From a virus (taxonomy: Duplodnaviria; Caudoviricetes): DNA of 57,528 nucleotides. Positions 1-8,130 of this stretch are shown one piece after another. The stretch lies in the IMG/VR virus record IMGVR_UViG_3300027734_000004, positions 1 to 57,528 of that record; one strand, written 5' to 3'. Each line of letters opens with the position of its first letter. Positions within the stretch are counted from its first letter, which is position 1. A program made the position numbers and the translations under genes. The notes under the pieces are model-generated. The model was given only the letters and a program-made list of their open reading frames with translations. It was not told the DNA's origin and made no database searches.

Positions 1-127
1 AGGAAATCCTGTACGCCATGCAGGAGGCATGGACATCCAAGCGCCCATGGTCGAACCATTACCATGCAAAGCGCGATGGTCGATATGCCGTCACATTGAT
101 TGCAAGCCGCTGGGGCATTCCGCCTGA
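1..127. repeat. Terminal direct overlap, identical to 57402-57528 (circular contig; unique length 57401 bp)
   Basis: Exact sequence identity aggaaatcctg...ccgcctga at both ends. It lies inside a coding frame, and 127 is a common assembler k-mer size. Confidence 0.95.
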
Positions 128-281
128 AACGGTTGAAAAGATGGTTGAAGCGTGGCTGATCAATGAGGTTATTGAGGTCAGCACGGCAGACTATAAAACA
201 AAAACCCGTGGGCTGAAGGTGCTGCGCAATCTTTATGATGAAAGCGGACCACCAGCAAACGCAAATTGGTACAATGATTAA
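1..281 (+). CDS. C-terminal end of the Prim-Pol/helicase (wraps from 55556)
   Basis: ATG at 18 corresponds to 57419, which is in frame with 55556; stop at 281. Confidence 0.85.
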   Translation, partial: EILYAMQEAWTSKRPWSNHYHAKRDGRYAVTLIASRWGIPPETVEKMVEAWLINEVIEVSTADYKTKTRGLKVLRNLYDESGPPANANWYND

Positions 282-489
282 GGATGATTTTATGACTTTT
301 GGAAGGACATCTACATACGGTTTGATCGAAATGACGGTTGGTGAGTCAAAGACTTTTCCAGCCCCAACGCCTGCGGACACACGCAGGATTTCCCGTAACA
401 CCAGCCAGTGCGGCATCAGGCATGATCGCTGTTACCGGTGCAAGTTAGATAGGAAGACGCGCATTACAACCGTGACGCGCATTAGATAA
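274..489 (+). CDS. Hypothetical small basic protein
   Basis: Overlaps the helicase stop in a tightly packed operon; start uncertain. Confidence 0.6.
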   Translation: MIKDDFMTFGRTSTYGLIEMTVGESKTFPAPTPADTRRISRNTSQCGIRHDRCYRCKLDRKTRITTVTRIR

Positions 490-500
490 GGAGCAAGTAA

Positions 501-758
501 ATGACTGACGAACAAATTACCAAAGCTGCCCGCGCCATCTGCGTCGAGCAATCCAGCAAGCAGGATAACGGTGACGCACAAATATATGCTTCAGGCGGCT
601 GGGACCACACCATCTGGATGCGCCTTGTCGAAGCTGGCATCCGTAAGGGCATGGAGATCGAACGCGCTGCTGTAGCTGAATGGCTGCTAAGTTATGGCGA
701 ACGTCAAACGGCAGACGGCGTAAAACGCGCCGACTATCTAAAGGGGCAAAGCCAATGA
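501..758 (+). CDS. Hypothetical protein
   Basis: AAGGAG ribosome-binding site (RBS); ATGA coupling to the next gene. Confidence 0.75.
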   Translation: MTDEQITKAARAICVEQSSKQDNGDAQIYASGGWDHTIWMRLVEAGIRKGMEIERAAVAEWLLSYGERQTADGVKRADYLKGQSQ

Positions 759-937
759 TGATTGATATAGATGTAAACCAGCTAGATGGCATTGTCCGCG
801 CATGGCTAAAGGATACATTGGAAACGGTGCAGCACAACTTAGCATATGGTTACGTTCACCCTGATGATGCCAAGCAATACAAAAAAGACATCAAGGCGTT
901 GAAGTGGGTGTTGGAATATATCGGGGAAGACGGATGA
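755..937 (+). CDS. Hypothetical protein (MMIDIDVNQL...)
   Basis: ATGA overlap with the upstream stop. Confidence 0.7.
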   Translation: MMIDIDVNQLDGIVRAWLKDTLETVQHNLAYGYVHPDDAKQYKKDIKALKWVLEYIGEDG

Positions 938-967
938 CCGGTTTGTCAATCAAAAGGATGAGGTAGC

Positions 968-1135
968 ATGATCAAAGAACGTATCGAAGCGCTGCGCAAG
1001 CGCGAAGCCGTATGCTGGGAAATGTCGGAGGTGTTCTTGCATGCCAAGGACGCGCACGGCCTGCATGACATGGGTGTAGAGATCCAAGGCATCCAGCGGG
1101 CCATCCGGGAATTGGGGCATCTATTACGCATATAA
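968..1135 (+). CDS. Hypothetical 55-aa protein (MIKERIEALRK...)
   Basis: GAGG RBS; fills the operon gap; read manually. Confidence 0.65.
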   Translation: MIKERIEALRKREAVCWEMSEVFLHAKDAHGLHDMGVEIQGIQRAIRELGHLLRI

Positions 1136-1147
1136 AGGATAAAGAAA

Positions 1148-1336
1148 ATGACATTGATAGAACTTAGAAACGTGGTCGCGGACCATGTCCAAACAAAACA
1201 CGGCAATGCGGAATTTGTCCGCCAGATCCGTTTCGGTGAGCAAGATGACGGCCCATTTATTACAGGCGCTTTGGCAGTCTGGGCCAAGTTCATGGAGGGC
1301 TTGCAACCAGCGCCGGAGGTATTGGCAGATGACTGA
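1148..1336 (+). CDS. Hypothetical protein
   Basis: AAGGA RBS; operon context. Confidence 0.7.
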   Translation: MTLIELRNVVADHVQTKHGNAEFVRQIRFGEQDDGPFITGALAVWAKFMEGLQPAPEVLADD

Positions 1337-1357
1337 GGCGGTATTGGAGCAATCACC

Positions 1358-1513
1358 ATGCAAATAAAAGCAGTTGTCGCATTGATGCAGGCAGGCGATT
1401 TTACCTTCAAGGAAGCTGCCGTGATCATCACCAAATTGGAAGAGCAGGGGTTGGCTATTTACAAAAAGAAGACCCCTAAATTGATCCGCGCAACCATCAA
1501 TAAGCCATCATAA
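1358..1513 (+). CDS. Hypothetical 51-aa protein (MQIKAVVALMQ...)
   Basis: GGAG RBS; ends just before the repeat cluster; read manually. Confidence 0.55.
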   Translation: MQIKAVVALMQAGDFTFKEAAVIITKLEEQGLAIYKKKTPKLIRATINKPS

Positions 1514-1517
1514 AGTT

Positions 1518-1732
1518 GGCGGAGGTAAGCAAAATCTACTTCCGCCAAATGGCGGAGGTAAGCATAAATCTACTTCCGCTTACTTCCGCTTTCCAAGGAT
1601 TCCCTAGGCGGAGGTAGGCGGAGGTAAGTGGCGGAGGTAAGTTGGCGGAGGTAAACCAAAGCAACGTGTAGTTACTTCCGCCTTTCCAGCTTTCTCTAGG
1701 CGGAGGTAGGCGGAAGTAAATTGGCGGAAGTA
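1518..1732. repeat. Iteron-like cluster of 13 copies of GGCGGA(G/A)GTA (9 forward, 4 inverted); candidate replication origin
   Basis: Forward copies at 1518, 1551, 1607, 1617, 1630, 1644, 1699, 1709, 1723; inverted TACTTCCGC at 1537, 1571, 1581, 1673. Non-coding and downstream of the primase-helicase operon. Confidence 0.8.
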
Positions 1733-1937
1733 CCCTGATACTAAACGTATACAGAGGGTGGGCGTAATCGCCATCCACCCTTATGGGCTGCGGGTTTTAG
1801 GGTTGTTGAACATATGCGGAAGCTTCGCCCAGCGCGGAAGGTCGCCTGTGGCTCCCATCCGCTCTCCCGTTGGTCGTGGTCAATGCATCCGCTGACAATA
1901 TGGGAAACAGGTTAAATGAAATGAAAGGAGCAATGAC

Positions 1938-2327
1938 ATGGCAAGACGAATACCGGATGTTGGTGAGATTGGAATGCGATACGGCAGACGGAATTATTTG
2001 CGGACGAAACAGCACCTGCTGCTGGCCAAACGTGCAAATTGGCATTTGGTCATATGTCCGGACAAATGCATGGACGGCTGGATTAATTTGAGATTGCATC
2101 TGGATCAACCGGCCAAAAAGAATTCTTTTGAGATTGGCGTGTTTGATGGAAAGGCAGCGCCGAAGGTGGATGTCCAATTGCTAAATGAAAATCATCCAAA
2201 GATGATGGCATGGGTGATGGACAGGGTTGCTGCATATGTCGATGGCAAGATTACCCTTAAGCCAGAGGCCGGTACGCCTGTGATCTACACAAGGGGTAGG
2301 CGTTGGAAACTTTTACATAAGGGATGA
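1938..2327 (+). CDS. Hypothetical protein
   Basis: AAAGGAG RBS; 129-aa ORF. Confidence 0.75.
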   Translation: MARRIPDVGEIGMRYGRRNYLRTKQHLLLAKRANWHLVICPDKCMDGWINLRLHLDQPAKKNSFEIGVFDGKAAPKVDVQLLNENHPKMMAWVMDRVAAYVDGKITLKPEAGTPVIYTRGRRWKLLHKG

Positions 2328-2331
2328 TATT

Positions 2332-2967
2332 ATGGCCAAGGCCGGAACAAAGAAGTACCGCCAAGAAAATGAATGGCGCACGATCCTGCCTAAAGAGCGC
2401 AGGCGTGACAGCGCACCATGGCAAGCTACCTACGCCATGTATGTCACAGGACAGGCATGGGTTGATGAGGTGACGCTGTGCGTTGAGCGTATGGAAAAGA
2501 AATGGGGATCTGGCCGGTTGCGGTTGATGGTTGGCCCAGAATTGAGGGATAAGTTTGATCGGCAGAGGTATCTGACCAACCAAGCTATTTACCATGGGGG
2601 TCTGGAAGACCTTAGGATGCATTGTAAGCGCATGCTGACTGGCTGGGCTACCTTGGATAGGGCGGCGGATGAAATGGGCTTAGAACGCTTCCCTGTGGAC
2701 GCATGGGACGTTGTTGGGGCGTCAGGCACAGTGCATGTGATCGTCAGGACGTTGGATGATGCCGTTGACTATCGCAAAGGGCGTCAGAACGTCTGCCTGT
2801 ATACGTTGGATGAGATCGCGGTGTTGCTTGACGGGCAGGGGCTGCTGGGAGCCGCTAAGGCTGCGTTTCCGGATGCGGAGATAGTCAAGGTGCGTAGAAG
2901 TGTCGGGGACGCCCTTAATGATATTGATACCAGTAAGGACGCCCTAGACGATGAGATCCCGTTTTAG
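2332..2967 (+). CDS. Hypothetical protein with an SSB-like acidic C-terminal tip (DDEIPF)
   Basis: 211-aa ORF ending DALDDEIPF. Confidence 0.8.
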   Translation: MAKAGTKKYRQENEWRTILPKERRRDSAPWQATYAMYVTGQAWVDEVTLCVERMEKKWGSGRLRLMVGPELRDKFDRQRYLTNQAIYHGGLEDLRMHCKRMLTGWATLDRAADEMGLERFPVDAWDVVGASGTVHVIVRTLDDAVDYRKGRQNVCLYTLDEIAVLLDGQGLLGAAKAAFPDAEIVKVRRSVGDALNDIDTSKDALDDEIPF

Positions 2968-3200
2968 GCACGGTCACCTGAAGCATAGGGCGGTGGCAAC
3001 GGGATCTTTTTCTTTAGCCACCGTGGGGTAATGCGGCCTTCCTCAAGGGCCGTCAGTAAAAGGGAAACAGACTGGGGTATTGGGGTAGTGCCATTGGCCC
3101 ACTTTCGACCGTGGCGGTGCGTGACGCCGGTTATCCATGACACGTCCACCTGACGGAGCCCCATGCGTTCAAGCGTGGCGCGGTATTCGTCTTTGGTCAT
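2964..3200 (-). CDS. XRE/Cro-type helix-turn-helix regulator
   Basis: MTKDEYRATLERMGLRQVDVSWITGVTHRHGRKWANGTTPIP fits an XRE HTH pattern; ATG coupled (TAATG) to the upstream peptide. Confidence 0.75.
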   Translation of the reverse strand: MTKDEYRATLERMGLRQVDVSWITGVTHRHGRKWANGTTPIPQSVSLLLTALEEGRITPRWLKKKIPLPPPYASGDRA

Positions 3201-3286
3201 TAATCCCACCAGTCGGTGTCAGTGTCGTTGCCGCCCACCAGCCCGATCAGGAGCAGGAAGGCGGCAAAGATTAATACGACATGCAT
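3200..3286 (-). CDS. 28-aa single-pass membrane peptide MHVVLIFAAFLLLIGLVGGNDTDTDWWD
   Basis: Read manually. It fills the gap between two minus-strand genes and its TAA overlaps the next ATG. Confidence 0.6.
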   Translation of the reverse strand: MHVVLIFAAFLLLIGLVGGNDTDTDWWD

Positions 3287-3289
3287 GGA

Positions 3290-3523
3290 TTAATCCATCT
3301 CGCTTCGGTCATAGACAGGGGCGCTTGCCTCTGCCGGTGTCGGCAGGGATATGCTAATATTAGCGCCGCCGTCACGCATAACGACATATTCGTCCTTATG
3401 CTTGTCGTGTTTCATCGAAAGGCGCGAAGCCTTGCTCATAATCCTTAGGAACGCTTGTGCGTCTGATATGTCGATCAGGTAATCCATATATTCAATGGTG
3501 ATCTTTGCGTATTGCTTGGTCAT
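3290..3523 (-). CDS. Hypothetical protein
   Basis: Packed minus-strand early operon. Confidence 0.7.
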   Translation of the reverse strand: MTKQYAKITIEYMDYLIDISDAQAFLRIMSKASRLSMKHDKHKDEYVVMRDGGANISISLPTPAEASAPVYDRSEMD

Positions 3524-3525
3524 GA

Positions 3526-3846
3526 TTAAGCCTTTCTTGCTGCAAGCTTGAGGGATGTATAACCAGACGTCTTTTTCTGGTTTGCCTTTGCGAATGATGC
3601 GAAAGCCTTTTCGCCCAGCATCTCGCGCAGTTTCTTTTCGACCGCCTTGGGGTCAGTCGAATAACGGTCATCGACCTTGCAGACGGTTGCCGTGAACAGG
3701 TCGCCATCATGACCACCTGCGCCAAGATCCTTGATCTCCGCTGCAAGCTTGTCAGCGACAGATGTCAGGTCAGCAATCTGCGCCTTGATCTCGCCAAGCT
3801 GGTCGATGTTGCACAGGTTGTGTGCGCGTGAAAAAAGTGTAGCCAT
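3526..3846 (-). CDS. Hypothetical protein (coiled-coil N-terminus)
   Basis: GGAGA RBS; promoter upstream. Confidence 0.75.
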   Translation of the reverse strand: MATLFSRAHNLCNIDQLGEIKAQIADLTSVADKLAAEIKDLGAGGHDGDLFTATVCKVDDRYSTDPKAVEKKLREMLGEKAFASFAKANQKKTSGYTSLKLAARKA

Positions 3847-3913
3847 CTCAAATCTCCAATAAAATAAAATAAAATAAAATTTTGTGCGGTTGGTAATTTG
3901 CTGCCGCCTGACT

Positions 3914-3943
3914 TTACTAGGGCATGTCGCCCTAGTATGTCAA
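3914..3943 (-). promoter_or_regulatory. Sigma70-like promoter with GGGC-N5-GCCC palindrome in the spacer
   Basis: Minus strand reads TTGACA-TACTA-GGGC-GACAT-GCCC-TAGTAA. Confidence 0.7.
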
Positions 3944-3956
3944 ACACCAAATGATA

Positions 3957-4814
3957 TTATGCAGCGATATTTTCGATTATTTCCTCCTGATTGATCAAGA
4001 ATTCCGATGAACGCTTTGCCTGCGATGATGCAGTAAAGATCGCCCGCTTGTCTGCCTTCAGGACCTTCAGCCACGATGCCAGATAGTTGGTGTGCTGTAA
4101 GCCCTCCAACGGGATGCCCATCTGTGCGCAGACAAAGGCGCTGCCGATCTCTGCGACCAGTTCTTCGAACGCATAAGCGTCATCACCAAAGCGCTTGCCA
4201 AACTGACGGTCGCAGCGTGACTTGTGTCCGGTCCAGTGGACCAGTTCATGTGCAAGGGTCGCGGCATATGCCTCTTGGCTGCTGAAGCTGTCAGCGGTTG
4301 GCATGCCGATAAAGTCTGCCTGTGGCGTGTAGTAAGCTTTCGCTCCGCCATGCTGAACATCTGCGCCGACACGCGCTGCCAGTGCGTTGATCGATGTGTC
4401 GCCTGCGACAACGGGCTCCATGCCTTTTAGCTTGGCAGGGTCAAGACCATCGACCTGCTGCACGTTGAAAACGGTGAAGCCCTTAGCGAACGGTACGACC
4501 TTCATGGTGCCGTCATCCTGTTGGATCTTGGGGAATGACCAGAACACGATGGACGTGCCCTTTTCGCCCTTACGGACCTGACCGCCAAGTTCCGCTGCCT
4601 GCTTGTATGTCAGCCAGCCGTCAGCGGCATAAGCAGAGCAGGACAGGACCAGCCAATTAATGCCGTTATATGCGCGACCGGATGCTGCGTTGTGTGGGCC
4701 GCTGCCGCCGCACTTGCCATCTGCCCATGGCTTCAGCCAAGGGGCTGCGCCGGTTTCAAGCGCTGTGACGATGCGGTCGGTGACGTCCTGATAAATGTCA
4801 AACTTAATAGCCAT
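3957..4814 (-). CDS. ardC: ArdC-family antirestriction protein (ssDNA-binding N-domain plus zincin-like metallopeptidase)
   Basis: PWLKPW, YNGINWLVL, WLTYKQA...GGQVRKGEKG, FTVFNV, AYY.P..DFI.MP, HELVHWTGH, YAFEELVAEIGSAF. Confidence 0.9.
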   Translation of the reverse strand: MAIKFDIYQDVTDRIVTALETGAAPWLKPWADGKCGGSGPHNAASGRAYNGINWLVLSCSAYAADGWLTYKQAAELGGQVRKGEKGTSIVFWSFPKIQQDDGTMKVVPFAKGFTVFNVQQVDGLDPAKLKGMEPVVAGDTSINALAARVGADVQHGGAKAYYTPQADFIGMPTADSFSSQEAYAATLAHELVHWTGHKSRCDRQFGKRFGDDAYAFEELVAEIGSAFVCAQMGIPLEGLQHTNYLASWLKVLKADKRAIFTASSQAKRSSEFLINQEEIIENIAA

Positions 4815-4855
4815 ATATAATTCCTTATAAGATCGTATTTGGTTGCTGTTAGAAG

Positions 4856-4884
4856 TTCGTAGGGCATTATGCCCTATTTGTAAA
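4856..4884 (-). promoter_or_regulatory. Promoter with GGGC-N5-GCCC spacer palindrome (ardC)
   Basis: Minus strand reads TTTACA-AATA-GGGC-ATAAT-GCCC-TACGAA. Confidence 0.7.
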
Positions 4885-5043
4885 CCGCTATTTGATATTT
4901 AGCGTGTATAATATCGATTAATGGGTGGTGATTAAGTGGGTGGGGCGATTAGCGATTATTGCCCCTGAGCGTCCGCACAATGGCGGCAACGCTCAGTGAC
5001 AGAACGCCCACAAAGAACAGGGTGGATGCGATGTGCGCTGCGT

Positions 5044-5292
5044 TCATTCGATCCAGTCCACTTCCGGCGCACCGTTGACCAATTCAATGACCTCACCAAG
5101 GGCCTTGCACATAATGCCGTTTGCCAAGCACACGTCGATCAGTTCGAGCAACGAGGGCTCAAGCGCATCAAGGGCCTTGAGGCTTTCGACGCTATCACCA
5201 TACAACTCGCCACCATCGTTGACGGCATTGCCGTACAGGACGTTGGAGCGGCTATCGATCAGGTCACGAACCACTTTAAATATGTCGGTCAT
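5044..5292 (-). CDS. Hypothetical acidic protein
   Basis: ATGA-coupled early operon. Confidence 0.7.
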   Translation of the reverse strand: MTDIFKVVRDLIDSRSNVLYGNAVNDGGELYGDSVESLKALDALEPSLLELIDVCLANGIMCKALGEVIELVNGAPEVDWIE

Positions 5293-5540
5293 GACATGTC
5301 TCCGCCGTTGTCGGCATAGTTGTTGATGTCGCTAAGCCAGTCGGCATAGCCTTCATGCAGGTCAGGATCTGCAAGCTTGTAGCTTACGCTATTGCAGTAC
5401 TTGTACCGGTTGGTGTACTCGCGGAAGAACAGCGCGAACAGGCTGGCCTTGTCATCCGCTTGGATGACTATGGACTGATCCGGCAGGGGCTTGAAGTAGA
5501 ATGGCTCATAGCCGCTCTTGATGATGGTTGCGTGTATCAT
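5289..5540 (-). CDS. Hypothetical protein (MIHATII...)
   Basis: ATGA coupling on both sides. Confidence 0.7.
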   Translation of the reverse strand: MIHATIIKSGYEPFYFKPLPDQSIVIQADDKASLFALFFREYTNRYKYCNSVSYKLADPDLHEGYADWLSDINNYADNGGDMS

Positions 5541-5770
5541 GCTGCCTTCCCCTTTACAAAGACGGTGGAGCATAGCGTTATGGCCCACAGCATCGCGTCA
5601 TCCCTGTTGGTGCGCGTCTCGCGGCTGTCGCCACCTATGCGCTGGTTGATGTACCAGAGGCCGTTGTCGCCTCGCTCGACGTAGGCGCTGCCAAGCTTCC
5701 CCTTAACGATGAAGCTGTCGGGGCCGGTGTCTTCGCTTACACGGGTGATAGTGAGGTCGGTGGTATTCAT
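5537..5770 (-). CDS. Hypothetical protein (MNTTDLT...)
   Basis: AAGGA RBS; first gene after the promoter. Confidence 0.7.
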   Translation of the reverse strand: MNTTDLTITRVSEDTGPDSFIVKGKLGSAYVERGDNGLWYINQRIGGDSRETRTNRDDAMLWAITLCSTVFVKGKAA

Positions 5771-5804
5771 GTTACTAGTTCCTTTTTGCTTGGTTGCTGC
5801 ATTA

Positions 5805-5833
5805 TCAGTAGGGCGGTTCGCCCACATGGTCAA
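5805..5833 (-). promoter_or_regulatory. Leftward promoter with GGGC-N5-GCCC spacer palindrome
   Basis: Minus strand reads TTGACC-ATGT-GGGC-GAACC-GCCC-TACTGA. Confidence 0.7.
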
Positions 5834-5898
5834 CAACAATCGACATTTATTTATGCAAAAATTCGATTAATAAAATGCCATTGATCGATATTTCCCTA

Positions 5899-5927
5899 TT
5901 TACATACTGGGCAGCTTGCCCTAGTGA
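5899..5927 (+). promoter_or_regulatory. Rightward (divergent) promoter with GGGC-N5-GCCC spacer palindrome
   Basis: TTTACA-TACT-GGGC-AGCTT-GCCC-TAGTGA. Confidence 0.7.
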
Positions 5928-5953
5928 TTGGGTGTCAACAAGGAGCAAATGAC

Positions 5954-6154
5954 ATGAACGTAGAAGTAGAAGCAAAATGCACCATCACCCACGAATGGGC
6001 CACGGTAGCTAAGTTCTTTAGCGCCGTCGAAGCTGGCTATGCAGCCCGCGCACTGAGCAAGTCGAGCAACAGCACATACCGCACCAGCGACTACCGCTGG
6101 CCGGAAGAGGGCGTCAACGTCACCGTCTACACCGGCGGGGAGATCGCAGCATGA
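5954..6154 (+). CDS. Hypothetical early protein
   Basis: AAGGAG RBS; ATGA-coupled to the next gene. Confidence 0.7.
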   Translation: MNVEVEAKCTITHEWATVAKFFSAVEAGYAARALSKSSNSTYRTSDYRWPEEGVNVTVYTGGEIAA

Positions 6155-6381
6155 GCACCCTGCACTACATCGTAAGCCAGCAGGACGCTGGCTTCCAAGG
6201 GGAGTGGCGCGAACGCGCCGCCTTCCGCTGGTTCATAGACGCACGGAACTACGCGCTGCGCACCAGCAAGACAGACCACCTTGACCGCTATGTGCGCGTC
6301 GAGCGTGAGGGATCTGAGCCCAACTACTTCTACCACGGTCGAGCCGCTGACCATCTGTATGGGGAGGACATGGCAGCATGA
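6151..6381 (+). CDS. Hypothetical early protein
   Basis: ATGA coupling; GGAG RBS. Confidence 0.7.
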   Translation: MSTLHYIVSQQDAGFQGEWRERAAFRWFIDARNYALRTSKTDHLDRYVRVEREGSEPNYFYHGRAADHLYGEDMAA

Positions 6382-6809
6382 GCGCCGCAGCATACACGGT
6401 GCGCCTCAGGGACGCCCACGCCTTCAGCCTCAGCGGCAGAAGCTTTGAAGCCTTTGTCGGTGAGATCGTTCGCATCGACACTGGCAAAGTCGCTTACAGC
6501 AGCAAGCTCTATGAAGAGAAACGCACTGCGCGTCTTCAGGCTGCGCGCTACCTCAAGCGGTATGAGCATCACCTTGTCAAGCATGGCATTGGCTTTGAAG
6601 AGCAGGAGGCACAGCGCAGGGCGGCAGAGCGCGCAGCGCGTGACGCCAAGCGCGCAGCCGACCGGCTGGTGCGTGACGCAGCCCATGACCTACTGGCCGC
6701 GCTGCTGCCACTGGTCGAGGCATCGCCTGTCGGTGGCGGCATGATCCGCTTCGATGGCGACGAACTGCAAGCCGCCCGCGCTGCCATCGCCAAGGCAACG
6801 GGTAGCTAA
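6378..6809 (+). CDS. Hypothetical early protein
   Basis: GGAGG RBS; C-terminal AAHDLLAAL...ARAAIAKATG, a motif common in small phage proteins. Confidence 0.75.
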   Translation: MSAAAYTVRLRDAHAFSLSGRSFEAFVGEIVRIDTGKVAYSSKLYEEKRTARLQAARYLKRYEHHLVKHGIGFEEQEAQRRAAERAARDAKRAADRLVRDAAHDLLAALLPLVEASPVGGGMIRFDGDELQAARAAIAKATGS

Positions 6810-7331
6810 GCCCCGCGCCCGTGTGCTGTCGTGCCTATGGTGCGGCAGCGCGCCCGCGCCCGCGCCCGCCAGCCGTAGGCTGGTCAGCATACATGCGCCT
6901 GCCCGTAGGGCAGTCATCCAACAAGCAAACAAACAAACAGACGTCTGTCCGAAGGACAGTCAGCTAATCGTCAGGTAGAGAATATCTGTCAAATAAGGGT
7001 AGGGGGTACACCCCTTTTTATTATAGTTTAGGTACCATGGGGGGTTACAAGCAGAGCAATCGGCATACCCTCCACAAACACACTTGCACACATACGCACG
7101 TCCCTGTATACATACGGAACACGTTTGGTTGCTCCTTGCGTCGTTGATAGCAGTCGGTTAGCTGCCTTTCCCCTCTCTTGGTAGTTAACCGACTGTTTTT
7201 CCTGCACAAAAGCAATCCTGCCCCAGTAAGGGGGTACCCCTTCGCAAAATAAAAGGTGGGGGGTATATTTACAAAATAGCGATACTTGCTCAAATGCCCG
7301 ATTCGTATTAGATAGGGGCATATTCAATTTA

Positions 7332-7952
7332 GTGAGCATATCGATGGCGTCTAAATCTAAAAGCCTTATTATTCAGGACGGTGAGCCAACCGACGTTGAC
7401 GGCATTGACAAGCGCTACACTGTCTCCCCGATCCGCGCATTGCTTCCGGGCGGGAATGTAAAGCGCAAAAGCCCCAATGAACATATACCAACGGACAAAA
7501 GCCGCCGGGGTGTATTGCATGCAGTTGGCCTTGGCATGAACCATGAGAACATTGCCAAGGTGATGGGGATTAGTGTCACGGCCCTGACCAATCATTACCG
7601 TAATGAACTTGACACTGGCCTGAGCCTTTTGATGGATGACGTGAAGACCAACCTGTACAACATTGCCCGCGATGAGAACCACAAGGGCACGGTACAGGCT
7701 GGGATCTATTTGCTCAGCCGTCTGGGTGGCGACAGCTTCAAGGACATTAAGCGCATTGAGATGACAGGCGCAGATGGCAAGGCGTTGGAGATTAGCCAGA
7801 AGACGCAGACTGTTGACCCGCGCTTGCTGGATGCTGACCAGCGTGAGGCGTTGCGGGATATATTAAATTCGGCCCTAAGGTTGGCAGCGCCCAATGCGCA
7901 GGCCCAGCCAAATATTATTGACGGTGAATATGAGGAAGTTAGCGATGCCTGA
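7332..7952 (+). CDS. Terminase small subunit
   Basis: HTH (ENIAKVMGISVTALTNHYRNEL), AGIYLL and IEMTGADG motifs; upstream of the large subunit. Start could be 7344. Confidence 0.8.
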   Translation: MSISMASKSKSLIIQDGEPTDVDGIDKRYTVSPIRALLPGGNVKRKSPNEHIPTDKSRRGVLHAVGLGMNHENIAKVMGISVTALTNHYRNELDTGLSLLMDDVKTNLYNIARDENHKGTVQAGIYLLSRLGGDSFKDIKRIEMTGADGKALEISQKTQTVDPRLLDADQREALRDILNSALRLAAPNAQAQPNIIDGEYEEVSDA

Positions 7953-8130
7953 TCCGGTAGAGTGGGTTGCAATGACGTTTGATCCCAAGATGCGTGTTGA
8001 CCCGCATTTCTTAATTCGCGTGATGAAGGGGCAGGTCAGCACCTTGACGGCTGATCAGTGGGAAGATGCCAAGGAATGCTGCGCTGACATTATTGAGCAG
8101 TTTATCTCTTTGCGGGAAGAGCATGACTGA
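7945..8130 (+). CDS. Hypothetical protein between the terminase subunits
   Basis: GAGG RBS; overlaps both neighbours. Confidence 0.6.
   Translation: MPDPVEWVAMTFDPKMRVDPHFLIRVMKGQVSTLTADQWEDAKECCADIIEQFISLREEHD

Noticed and set aside
1-127. 127-bp terminal repeat as a biological direct terminal repeat
   Set aside because: It lies in the middle of the helicase gene and its length matches a common assembler k-mer, so it only shows circularity.
1518-1732. Repeat cluster as a CRISPR array
   Set aside because: Repeats are 10 bp, in mixed orientation and irregularly spaced, with no unique spacers and no cas genes.
3857-3880. (AAAAT)n run upstream of the 3526-3846 gene
   Set aside because: A short U-rich leader next to the RBS, with no evidence of phase variation.
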